Numbered from the stretch's first letter, positions 45,720-53,597 are shown. The stretch: DNA of 64,000 bases from an uncultured Chloroflexia bacterium (GCA_963847375.1 CAWJZO010000001.1:1008843-1072842), one strand, 5' to 3'. Program-made: numbers and translations. Notes: generated by a model not told the origin, from the sequence alone.

Positions 45720-45849
45720 CCCTCGGTCGTGGCCTGGGGACTAGACGGCTGTAGTACCTTTGGCCGGTTCCGGCGCCATCAGGAGTCGGCCACCATCGGC
45801 CCCTCGCTACGGGGCATAAGGGCAAATTGCAGATACGGATCACCGCTCG

Positions 45850-47277
45850 ATGAGGCGGCGGTCACATCTCGTCGTCGCCTTCGTAGCCCTGGCGGCGGTC
45901 GGATGGAACGTCGTCACAACTCAGCCAAGCGGCTCGGCCCTTGCCGCGGATCCACAGGCACAGCTCGAACGCACCCGCGCGCAGCTCGCCGATGCGAGAT
46001 CAGCGCAGCAGGCACTGACGGCTACCCTCGACCGGCAGCGTTCCGAGCTCGCATCGCTCCAACGCCGATCAGCGGAGCTCGGCACCGCCCTCGACGTCGC
46101 CCGTGCCGAGCTCGCCGCGGTCACCGCCGAGTACGAGCGAGTGCGCGAGCTGCTGGGGCAGGTCAGGCAGCAGGTCGATGAGATCGAGCAGCACCTTGCC
46201 GAGCTCAAGCGCCAGATCCAGAAGCTCAACCGCCAGCTCGAGCGCGTCGCCGCTGCGATCGAGCAGCGCACCGCGGAGCTCGACGAGCGCGAGGCGCTGC
46301 TCGAGGACCACCTCCGATCCGCCTACGAGCGCTCGCAGACCTCGATGCTCGAGATCCTCCTCTCGGCCGACTCGCTCGACGAGGTCACCCGGCAGTTCGG
46401 TTACCTGATCACCGTCTCCGACCAGGATGCGATCCTTGCCGACGAGGTCCGCTCCATCCGCGAGGAGCTCGAGACGCGGCGCGAGACCCTTGCGGAGGGC
46501 CGTCGCGTCGTGGCCGAGGCTCGCACCCTCGCCAGGCAGGAGGAGAAGCGGCTCAAGGCCCGTCGTGCCGAGCTCACCGCACTCGAGAAGGACCTCGCCG
46601 CCCTCCGCGCGGCGGCCGAGGTCAAGCGGGCGGAACAGGCGGCGGCGCTCAATGCCTCACTCGAGGCCGCGGGCAACGTCAAGCGCAAGGTCGCCGAGAG
46701 CGAGCGCGCCGCGCAGGCCGCGGCGAGCCTGGCCGCGCAGCTCCAGCGGCAGGCGGCGGCCCAGCAGGCGGCCATCGAGGAGGCCCAGCGCCGCGCTGCC
46801 GAGGAGGCCCGTCGCCAGGCAGCGGCAGCGGCAGCGGCCAACAAGCCCTCGGCCTACGGCTTCCGCTGGCCGGAGCGCTCGTACCGGATCACCCAGGAGT
46901 GGGGCCCGACGACCTATCAGCTCGAGCCGCCATACAACTACAAGGGCACGTACTACCCGCACTTCCACGCCGGCATCGACTTCGCCAACGGTTGCGGCAC
47001 CCCGATCTACGCTGCCGGGCCCGGCGTCGTCGTCGCCTCCGGCCAGCCGCTGATGCCGTGGGACTCGGGCTTCGGGGTCGTCGTCGACCATGGCAGCGGC
47101 ATCCAGACCTGGTACTGGCACATGCAGCCGAACGTTGTCGTCAGCCCCGGCACGATCGTGACGAGCAACTCGCTCATCGGCCACGAGGGCACCACGGGCC
47201 TCTCGACCGGTTGCCATGTCCACTTCGCCGTGAACGACGACGGCTGGTGGGAGAACCCGCGCAACTACCTGCCCTGA
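45850..47277 (+). CDS. M23-family peptidoglycan metalloendopeptidase with a long N-terminal coiled coil (EnvC-like architecture)
   Basis: A signal anchor and ~300 aa of heptad-rich sequence are followed by HAGIDF...DHGSGIQTWYWH...GCHVHF, the HxxxD/HxH motifs of M23. Confidence 0.9.
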   Translation: MRRRSHLVVAFVALAAVGWNVVTTQPSGSALAADPQAQLERTRAQLADARSAQQALTATLDRQRSELASLQRRSAELGTALDVARAELAAVTAEYERVRELLGQVRQQVDEIEQHLAELKRQIQKLNRQLERVAAAIEQRTAELDEREALLEDHLRSAYERSQTSMLEILLSADSLDEVTRQFGYLITVSDQDAILADEVRSIREELETRRETLAEGRRVVAEARTLARQEEKRLKARRAELTALEKDLAALRAAAEVKRAEQAAALNASLEAAGNVKRKVAESERAAQAAASLAAQLQRQAAAQQAAIEEAQRRAAEEARRQAAAAAAANKPSAYGFRWPERSYRITQEWGPTTYQLEPPYNYKGTYYPHFHAGIDFANGCGTPIYAAGPGVVVASGQPLMPWDSGFGVVVDHGSGIQTWYWHMQPNVVVSPGTIVTSNSLIGHEGTTGLSTGCHVHFAVNDDGWWENPRNYLP

Positions 47278-47283
47278 GGGCGA

Positions 47284-49440
47284 TCAGGCCTCGACAGGCG
47301 TCCGAACGGCGGGCAGATAGAGGCGGTCGACGTACTCGGTGAGCATGCGAGCCGTGCTGAACTGCCACAGCGCCGATGCGATCGCGGCCCGCATCACGCT
47401 CAGCCAGCCAGTCGGCAGGCCATCGGTCCGCTTGAAGAAGCGCGGCACGATCTCCTCCTCCAGGAGCCGATAGATCTCACTGGCGTCTGCGGCATCCTGC
47501 GACGCGTCGTCGCCATCGGGCTCGCGGTCGCCGATGGCCCAGCCGTTCTCGCCGGTGAAGCCCTCGTCCCACCAACCGTCGAGGATCGAGATCGACGGTA
47601 CGCCGTTGATGGCCGCCTTCATGCCCGACGTCCCCGACGCCTCGAGCGGGCGGCGCGGGTTGTTGAGCCACAGGTCGACGCCGCCGACGAGGAAGCGCGC
47701 GATGCGGACGTCGTAGTCCTCGATCACGAAGACGCGACCGCGCAGGCGGTCCGAGCGCGACAGCTCGAAGATGCGCTGGATGACCTGCTGCCCGGGGCGG
47801 TCGGCGGGATGGGCCTTGCCGGCCATCACGATCTGCACGGGACGCTCCGTCGACGAGAGGATCGCACTCAGCCGCTCTTCGTCACGGAAGAGGAGATCGG
47901 CGCGCTTGTAGGTCGCGAAGCGCCGCGCGAAGCCGATGACGAGGGCGTCCGGATCGAGGACGCTGCGAACCTCGCGCAGGGTCGCCGGTGACTCGCCGTG
48001 CCGGGCCAGCTGGCGGGCCAGGCGCCCCTCGAGGAAGCCGACCATCTCTCGCTTCTGCTGCCGGTGTGCGCTCCACAGTTCGTCGTCGTCAAGCTCGTCC
48101 AGCACGGCGAGCGCCTCCGGTCCGTTGAGGTCAACATCGAGCGGTGTGCCGATGGCGCCGCGGATGACGCGCCGCACCGGCCGGCCGAGCCAGGTCGGGA
48201 CGTGGACGCCGTTGGTGATGGCGTCGATCGGGTGGCCGGCCAGCTCCTGCCAGGTCTGCGTGGCCGTCTCCCCATGCAGCTGCGACACCGCGTTCGCGTT
48301 GCTGGCGTGGCGCAGGACGAAGGCGGTCATGTCGAACGGCGCGTCCGGCTCGTCGGTCGGGCCGCGTCCGAGCTCGAGCAGCTCGGACGGTTCCATGCGG
48401 GCATCCGCCAACCACGACTGGAGCGCCGGCGCCACCAGCTGGCGGGCGAAGACCTCGTTCCCGGCCGGCACCGGCGTGTGAATGGTGAAGACCGCGTCGC
48501 GGCCGACGCGGCGCAGCGCCTCGCCGGCGGCGAGGCCCTTATCGGTTGCGAACAGCTCGCGTGCGCGCTCGATCAGCAGGAACGCCGAGTGGCCCTCGTT
48601 GAGATGCCAGACCGCGGGATCGATCCCGAGCGCGCGCAGTGCCCGGACGCCGCCGATCCCGAGCACGAGCTCCTGGCACAGGCGCATCTCGCGGCCGCGG
48701 ACGTAGAGGATGTGGGTGATCGGCCGGTCCGCCTTGTCGTTGGCCGGCACGTCCGTGTCGAGCAGCAGGATCGGCACGCGTCCGACCTGCGCGACCCACA
48801 CCGCGGCGTGCACCGACCGATCGGCGACCTCGACGGTGACGTCGAGCGGGGCGCCGTTGAGGCCGCGCGCGCGGCGGAGGGGCAGCTGCGACGGATCGAG
48901 GTCTGGCTGGGCATGCTCTTGGTGGCCATCGGCGTCGATCTGCTGGCGGAAATAACCGCGCCGGTAGAGCAGCCCGATGCCGATGAACGGCAGCGCCGCG
49001 TCGGAAGCGGACTTGCAGTGGTCGCCGGCCAGGATGCCGAGGCCGCCCGAGTAGATCTGCATCGACTCGTGGATGCCGAACTCGGCGCAGAAGTAGGCGA
49101 TCGGCCCGGGGAGCGCACGCTCGGGGCTGGATCGGTACCAGGAGTCCTCGCCGTTGCGCATGTAGCGGTTGAACTCGTCGAGCACCCGGCTGGCGTCGAC
49201 CATGAAGTCCTCGTCAGCGGTCAGCTCCGCCCAGCGCGCGGGGTCGGAATAGCGCAGGACCGCGATCGAGTTGCGGTGGCGCGCCCAGGCGCTCGGATCG
49301 ATGCGGCTGAAGAGGGCCTGCGCCCGCGGGCTCCAGGTCCACCACAGGTTGTAGGCGAGGTCGCCGAGCCCCGCCAGATCGGCTGGCAGGTTGAAGTCAT
49401 GTCCGGCGATGGTGGGCACGGCCAGGGAGGTGGTCGTCAC
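47284..49440 (-). CDS. glgP: Alpha-glucan phosphorylase (GT35, GlgP of the TIGR02094-like type)
   Basis: LAYNLWWTWSP, AYFCAEFG.HES...YSGGLGILAGDH.KSASD and TSGMKA (PLP lysine region) are present. The start codon is GTG. Confidence 0.92.
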   Translation of the reverse strand: MTTTSLAVPTIAGHDFNLPADLAGLGDLAYNLWWTWSPRAQALFSRIDPSAWARHRNSIAVLRYSDPARWAELTADEDFMVDASRVLDEFNRYMRNGEDSWYRSSPERALPGPIAYFCAEFGIHESMQIYSGGLGILAGDHCKSASDAALPFIGIGLLYRRGYFRQQIDADGHQEHAQPDLDPSQLPLRRARGLNGAPLDVTVEVADRSVHAAVWVAQVGRVPILLLDTDVPANDKADRPITHILYVRGREMRLCQELVLGIGGVRALRALGIDPAVWHLNEGHSAFLLIERARELFATDKGLAAGEALRRVGRDAVFTIHTPVPAGNEVFARQLVAPALQSWLADARMEPSELLELGRGPTDEPDAPFDMTAFVLRHASNANAVSQLHGETATQTWQELAGHPIDAITNGVHVPTWLGRPVRRVIRGAIGTPLDVDLNGPEALAVLDELDDDELWSAHRQQKREMVGFLEGRLARQLARHGESPATLREVRSVLDPDALVIGFARRFATYKRADLLFRDEERLSAILSSTERPVQIVMAGKAHPADRPGQQVIQRIFELSRSDRLRGRVFVIEDYDVRIARFLVGGVDLWLNNPRRPLEASGTSGMKAAINGVPSISILDGWWDEGFTGENGWAIGDREPDGDDASQDAADASEIYRLLEEEIVPRFFKRTDGLPTGWLSVMRAAIASALWQFSTARMLTEYVDRLYLPAVRTPVEA

Positions 49441-49493
49441 GCCGGCCGATGATAGCGGTGTGGACGGGTTGAATCGCGCTACCCTAGCGGCCG

Positions 49494-51299
49494 ATGACGG
49501 GATATTCGGTCACCGAGGCGGCATCGGTCCTGGGCGTCCCAACGGAGCGCATCTGGGAGCTGCTCGCCCGCGGCGTGCTCGTCGGAGAGCCCGAGGGAGA
49601 GTCCGGGATGCGCGTCTTTCTCCAGTCGCGCCCCGCACCGGCGCCGGTCGCTCCCGCCGACGACACGATCACCGCGCGGTCCAACGGCCCCGAGCGCGAG
49701 CTCTCGCCGTTCCGCGAGCTGCTCACCGAGTTCCGCAGCCTGACCGAGCGCTACGGCCAAGCCCTGCTGGCCCTCGGCGAGGCTCGTGGCGAGGTCGCGT
49801 CGCTGCGCTCGCGAGTCGACATGCTCGAGGCGCGCATCGACCTTCGCCTGCCGATGGGGCCGGCGGCCGCGCCGTGGCCGACCCAGCCGCTGCCTGTCAG
49901 CGAGCCGCCGGGCGCTTCGGGCGCGCGGCCCGAGGCCGCGGTCGAGCACGACGACGAGGAGGTCAATCGCCGCCGCCGTCGTGGCGCGCGGCGCGCCACC
50001 GAGAGTTTCGCCGCGGCACTGGCCCGCGCCGAAGACCCCAGCCTCGCCGACCTGCCTCGCGGGTCCGACGCCGATGCGCTGGCTGCCTTTCGTTCCGAGG
50101 CCGAGGCCGCCGCGGCCGTCGAGGCGGATCGCATCCTGCCGCGCGATGTGCTTCCCGCCGAGCCGATGCTGGTCGCCGATGAGCCGGAGGCCGTCGTTGA
50201 CGAGGCCGAGCCCGTGGCCGAGGTGCCAGAGGTCGTCGACGAGTGGGCCGAGCCGGTCGACACGCTTGCTGCCCCGGGCGACATCGGGCCCGAGCCGATC
50301 CACCCCGAGCCTGAGCAGGCCGAGCCGGAGGCGATCGAGCAGGCCGAGCCGGAGGCGATTGAGCAGGAAGAGCCCGTTGCCGAGGGCGGCGATCTGGATG
50401 CGCTGATCGCCACCCTTCCGGCCGCCGAGCCGGAGCCATGGCCCGAGTTCGAGGCAATGACCGCAACTCCCGACGAGGAGGAGCCGGACCAGGCTGCCCT
50501 CGAGCCGGAACCCGATGCGCTTGACCTCGCCGAGCCCGATGCGCTTGACCTCGCCGAGCCCGATGCGCTTGACCTCGCCGAGCCGGCACCCGACGCGCTT
50601 GAACTCGCCGAGCCGCGAGCCGCGACCGAAGCGCCGGCTGAGACCGAAGCGCCGGCCGAGACCGAACCGGCCGACTTCGATGCCGAGCGCTACACGACGG
50701 CCATCGAGCAGCCTGACTGGTTCGAGGCCGAGGTCGACGACGCGTGGCCGGCCGAGACCGCTGCGGGCGACGAGCCGACGGCCGACGTGGAGGACGCCGC
50801 GGCGAGCACGGCCGACGCCCTTCCGGGGGAGGCACCGGAGTCGGCCGAGCTGCCCACGGACGATCGGGTGCCCGCCGACGACGCGGCTCCGGAGGAATCG
50901 GCCGAACCGTCCTCGGGCGATGCGCCGGACTGGAAGGCGCCGGAGCCCGATGAGAGCGGCGCCGACGAGATGGAACTGGCCGGCAGCGGCGGGCAGGGCC
51001 CATCGGCCCGACCCGAGCCCGAGCCGGAGACGGGCCTGCCTGGCGCGCGCGAGCTCGACGAGGCGCTCGGAGCGTTCGGGCCCATCGCTGGTCGAGATTC
51101 CGGCGACCTTCCGGATCCACCGGACCACGACGAGTGGCCGCCGGCCTCCGTCGGGGACACCGAGCCGCCACGGTGGCCGTCAGCACAGGGCAGCGGCGGA
51201 TCCGTCGGGCAGGTGCCGGGGTCGCCATACTCACCACCGCTCGGCGGCGGGTCGGCAACGCGCGCCTACCGGCGCCTTCGCCGGATCTTCCCGGCCTGA
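49494..51299 (+). CDS. HTH (MerR/excisionase-like) plus coiled-coil protein with a ~450-aa polyacidic Pro/Glu/Ala repeat region and a basic C-terminal tail
   Basis: The N-terminus is YSVTEAASVLGVPTERIWELLARG. A coiled-coil segment FRELLTEFRSLTERYGQALLALGEARGEVASLRSRVDMLEARI follows. The region contains three in-frame tandem repeats and ends in ATRAYRRLRRIFPA. Confidence 0.75.
   Translation: MTGYSVTEAASVLGVPTERIWELLARGVLVGEPEGESGMRVFLQSRPAPAPVAPADDTITARSNGPERELSPFRELLTEFRSLTERYGQALLALGEARGEVASLRSRVDMLEARIDLRLPMGPAAAPWPTQPLPVSEPPGASGARPEAAVEHDDEEVNRRRRRGARRATESFAAALARAEDPSLADLPRGSDADALAAFRSEAEAAAAVEADRILPRDVLPAEPMLVADEPEAVVDEAEPVAEVPEVVDEWAEPVDTLAAPGDIGPEPIHPEPEQAEPEAIEQAEPEAIEQEEPVAEGGDLDALIATLPAAEPEPWPEFEAMTATPDEEEPDQAALEPEPDALDLAEPDALDLAEPDALDLAEPAPDALELAEPRAATEAPAETEAPAETEPADFDAERYTTAIEQPDWFEAEVDDAWPAETAAGDEPTADVEDAAASTADALPGEAPESAELPTDDRVPADDAAPEESAEPSSGDAPDWKAPEPDESGADEMELAGSGGQGPSARPEPEPETGLPGARELDEALGAFGPIAGRDSGDLPDPPDHDEWPPASVGDTEPPRWPSAQGSGGSVGQVPGSPYSPPLGGGSATRAYRRLRRIFPA
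50313..50367 (+). repeat. 24-bp tandem repeat, 2.3 copies (encodes EQAEPEAI)
   Basis: gagcaggccgagccggaggcgatc occurs twice (one mismatch) plus a partial third copy. Confidence 0.9.
50511..50612 (+). repeat. 24-bp tandem repeat, 3 perfect copies plus 1 degenerate 30-bp copy (encodes PDALDLAE)
   Basis: cccgatgcgcttgacctcgccgag occurs at 50511, 50535 and 50559, with a degenerate copy at 50583-50612. Confidence 0.95.
50628..50663 (+). repeat. 18-bp tandem repeat, 2 copies (encodes EAPAET)
   Basis: gaagcgccggctgagacc is followed by gaagcgccggccgagacc. Confidence 0.85.
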
Positions 51300-51313
51300 C
51301 GCCGCCCGAAGCG

Positions 51314-51913
51314 GTGAAGCCCAGCGCTTTGTTCGACCGGTCGACGGCGCTCGTCGTCGTCGACCTCCAGAACGACTTCGCCGATCCCGCCGGCTCTCTC
51401 TTCGTCGCCGGGTCGGACCTCGTCGTGGAAGAGGTCAATGCCGCCGTCGCGGAGGCGCGCGCGGCCGGAGCGTTGGTCGTGGCCACCCAGGACTGGCACC
51501 CCCCGTCGACGCCGCACTTCGCCAAGGATGGCGGGATCTGGCCAGTCCACTGTGTCGCGGGGTCGTGGGGCGCGGACCTGCATCCCGCGTTTCACGTGCC
51601 GGACGGGGTGCCCCGCGTGCGCAAGGGAGAGCACGGCGAGGACGGCTACTCCGGCTTCACGATGCGTCACCCGGTCTCGGCCCGGGAGGCGGCGACCGAG
51701 CTCGAGCCAATCCTCCGCGATCGGAGCATCGAGCGCGTCGTCGCGTGCGGCCTGGCGACCGACTATTGCGTGAACGCGACCGCGCTGGACGCCCTGCGGC
51801 TCGGATTCGAGGTCGTTGTGCTCGAGCGGGCGGTGGCCGCGGTCAACCTCGAACCACAGGACGGCGTCCGAGCGCTAAGCGAGCTGCGCGCGGCGGGCGT
51901 ACAGATCCGCTGA
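51314..51913 (+). CDS. pncA: Nicotinamidase/pyrazinamidase (isochorismatase family)
   Basis: ALVVVDLQNDF, QDWHP, K-x-x-x-x-D-x-YSGF and GLATDYCV (catalytic Cys) are present. I chose the GTG at 51314, after the upstream stop. The start is uncertain. Confidence 0.85.
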   Translation: MKPSALFDRSTALVVVDLQNDFADPAGSLFVAGSDLVVEEVNAAVAEARAAGALVVATQDWHPPSTPHFAKDGGIWPVHCVAGSWGADLHPAFHVPDGVPRVRKGEHGEDGYSGFTMRHPVSAREAATELEPILRDRSIERVVACGLATDYCVNATALDALRLGFEVVVLERAVAAVNLEPQDGVRALSELRAAGVQIR

Positions 51914-52016
51914 GGCGGTGGCACGCCGCATTACTTCCGTCCACGGATGTCTAGACAGGCGAGAGACGACGGGCATCCAACATGCGCTGAGGCCGGCCAG
52001 GATTGCCGGTGCAAGT

Positions 52017-52488
52017 CGCCTCATCCTGTCGGACGCCGACACGCTCCTGCACCTGGCCATCCACCGCACGCGGACGCCGCTCCGGCTTCGCTTTATCTGC
52101 GACGTCGCAGAGCTCGTCCGGGCCCCGGGGCGAGACGATCGACTGGCATGCGCTCGTGTCGCGCGCCGAGTCCGTCGGCGCGCGGACCGCGCTCCACATG
52201 GTCCTCGATCTCGCGCGACAGCTCCTCGACGCCGACGTGCCCGGCGAGGTCCTGCGGGCGACGTCGCCGGGACGGATGAAGCGCGCGATGCTCGAGCGGA
52301 CCTGCGGTGCGACCCCGATGTTCCACCGGGTATCCGACGATGACGTGCGGCAGCAGCCGCATCTCGTCCTGCGCGTCCTCGAGCAGGACGGCGCCCTCAC
52401 GATCGCGCGGGCTGGCGCTCGCGCGCCGGTACGGAAGCGGTCGAAGTGGCGCTACAACCGCCGGCTTCGAACCCCGGTCGGAGGCTGA
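52017..52488 (+). pseudogene. Remnant of an 'uncharacterised nucleotidyltransferase' (PF14907-like) gene: the N-terminal half is missing and a +/-1 frameshift lies near 52119-52130
   Basis: The frame of ORF 51918 gives LSDADTLLHLAIH....LRLRFICDVAELVRAPG. The similarity continues in the frame of ORF 52003 as ETIDWHALVSRAESVGARTALHMVLDLARQLLDADVPGEVL. The switch occurs at the gggccccgggg run. Confidence 0.45.
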
Positions 52489-52498
52489 CCGACCCGGT

Positions 52499-52687
52499 TC
52501 AGGTCCGGCGTCGAGCGCGCCAGACGAGCACGCTGCCGGCAAACACGGCCAGCGCACCGAACACGATCCACGACCGATCGGCGGTCATGAAGCTTCGCGG
52601 CGCGAATGGCAGGTTCAGGCCCTGCGCGATCCACACCAGCCCGCCGAGCAGGAGGACGAGTCCGACGATGAGGATGAGGACGCGCAT
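52499..52687 (-). CDS. Small two-TM membrane protein (62 aa), hypothetical
   Basis: There are two hydrophobic helices, a positively charged C-terminus and good GC3 bias. Confidence 0.5.
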   Translation of the reverse strand: MRVLILIVGLVLLLGGLVWIAQGLNLPFAPRSFMTADRSWIVFGALAVFAGSVLVWRARRRT

Positions 52688-52715
52688 ACACCGATCGTAC
52701 TCGTCGAAAATGCAC

Positions 52716-52744
52716 TTGCGGTCACGTGGCGCTTTCGCGATACT
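52716..52744 (+). promoter_or_regulatory. Candidate sigma-A-type promoter TTGCGG-N17-GATACT for the zinc-ribbon protein gene
   Basis: The two hexamers have an exact 17-nt spacer and are preceded by the A-rich tract tcgaaaatgca. The predicted leader is ~155 nt. Confidence 0.35.
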
Positions 52745-52907
52745 CCGCGCGTCGAAGCCGCAAACGAGCGGCGCCAGAGCTCATCGCTTCCTCTCCCCTC
52801 ACCACGTCCAACCGTCGGCCCGGGGCAGCGGCAAGAACCCGGGCAAGGCGTCGCGCGATGCGGAGATCGACGTGGTTCCAACTCACGTTCTTGGGAGGGG
52901 TCATTCA

Positions 52908-53231
52908 GTGACCTACACCGATCAGGTGATCACCTGTTCCGATTGCGGCATCGACTTCGTGTTCTCCGCATCGGAACAGGAGTTCTTCGCGGAGAAGGGC
53001 TTCTCGTCCGCTCCGAAGCGCTGCTCCTCGTGCCGCGCCCAGCGCCGGGCCTCCGGTGGCGGCGCCAGCAGCTACGGCAACGGCGGGGGCTACGGTGGCG
53101 GCTCGCAGGGTCCACGCGAGATGCACGACGCGGTCTGCGCCCGCTGCGGCAACGAGACCCAGGTGCCGTTCCGCCCGACCGGCGCGCGCCCGGTCTACTG
53201 CTCCGACTGCTTCAGGATGATGCGCGGCTAG
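52908..53231 (+). CDS. CxxC-x17-CxxC zinc-ribbon domain protein with a Gly-rich linker
   Basis: ITCSDCGIDFVFSASEQEFFAEKGFSSAPKRCSSCR is followed by AVCARCGNETQVPFRPTGARPVYCSDCF. The GTG at 52908 is preceded by GGGAGGGG. Confidence 0.8.
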   Translation: MTYTDQVITCSDCGIDFVFSASEQEFFAEKGFSSAPKRCSSCRAQRRASGGGASSYGNGGGYGGGSQGPREMHDAVCARCGNETQVPFRPTGARPVYCSDCFRMMRG

Positions 53232-53258
53232 ACCACGCGCTCTTCGCGAGACCGATGC

Positions 53259-53290
53259 GGGCGGCTCCGGTGCGGAGCCGCCCGTTCTTG
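53259..53290 (+). terminator. Intrinsic terminator candidate after the zinc-ribbon gene
   Basis: GGGCGGCTCCG-gtg-CGGAGCCGCCC forms an 11-bp perfect stem followed by GTTCTTG. Confidence 0.6.
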
Positions 53291-53308
53291 CGGTGCGGGG
53301 CGTCACCT

Positions 53309-53430
53309 GTCAACCGCTCGTCCCATGAGCGTTAGCCGATGGAGACACCTCTCCGCGAGCGTCCCCACGCTCGAATTCCGATCATATCGAGGCCACGGAC
53401 CCGCTAACGCGACCCAGGAGCGCGGTTGAC
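53309..53430. other. ~120-nt multi-helix element of unknown nature (candidate structured RNA or leader element)
   Basis: The helices are nested and perfect. P1 pairs 53309-53317 with 53422-53430 (9 bp). P2 pairs 53329-53336 with 53403-53410 (8 bp). Hairpin GGAGA-cacc-TCTCC lies at 53341-53354 and hairpin CGAGCGT-cccc-ACGCTCG at 53356-53373. The strand is undetermined. Confidence 0.4.
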
Positions 53431-53597
53431 CATCGGTCGCCCTCTCCTGGACAGCCGCTCGCTCGAGTCGCGCATGGCGAGATGGCAGAGTGCACGACTT
53501 GCATGATCGGCCGCCCGGCGGCCGTATCGGTTCACGCAGGCCTATCATTGAACGTGCAAGCTCACCTTCGGCAGACAACTTGCGGAGCACCAAGCAC

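Noticed and set aside
50511-50612. A possible CRISPR array, suggested by the 24-bp direct repeats.
   Set aside because: The repeats are contiguous with no spacers, are in frame inside a coding sequence, and encode a peptide repeat. No cas genes are present.
52745-52907. An anti-SD/thermosensor structure in the leader of the CxxC zinc-ribbon gene, where CCCCUC upstream would pair with the GGGAGGGG SD.
   Set aside because: Only 6 contiguous base pairs can be drawn. That is too weak to distinguish from chance in GC-rich sequence.
53309-53430. An integron attC site, 6C RNA, a hammerhead ribozyme or SRP/6S RNA as the identity of the multi-helix element.
   Set aside because: - The outer arms (GTCAAC.../...GTTGAC) do not fit the RYYYAAC/GTTRRRY cores, and there is no integrase.
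- Only one short CCCC loop is present, whereas 6C needs two C-rich loops.
- There is no CUGAUGA...GAAA core on either strand.
- No SRP helix-8 motif or 6S-like long hairpin is present.
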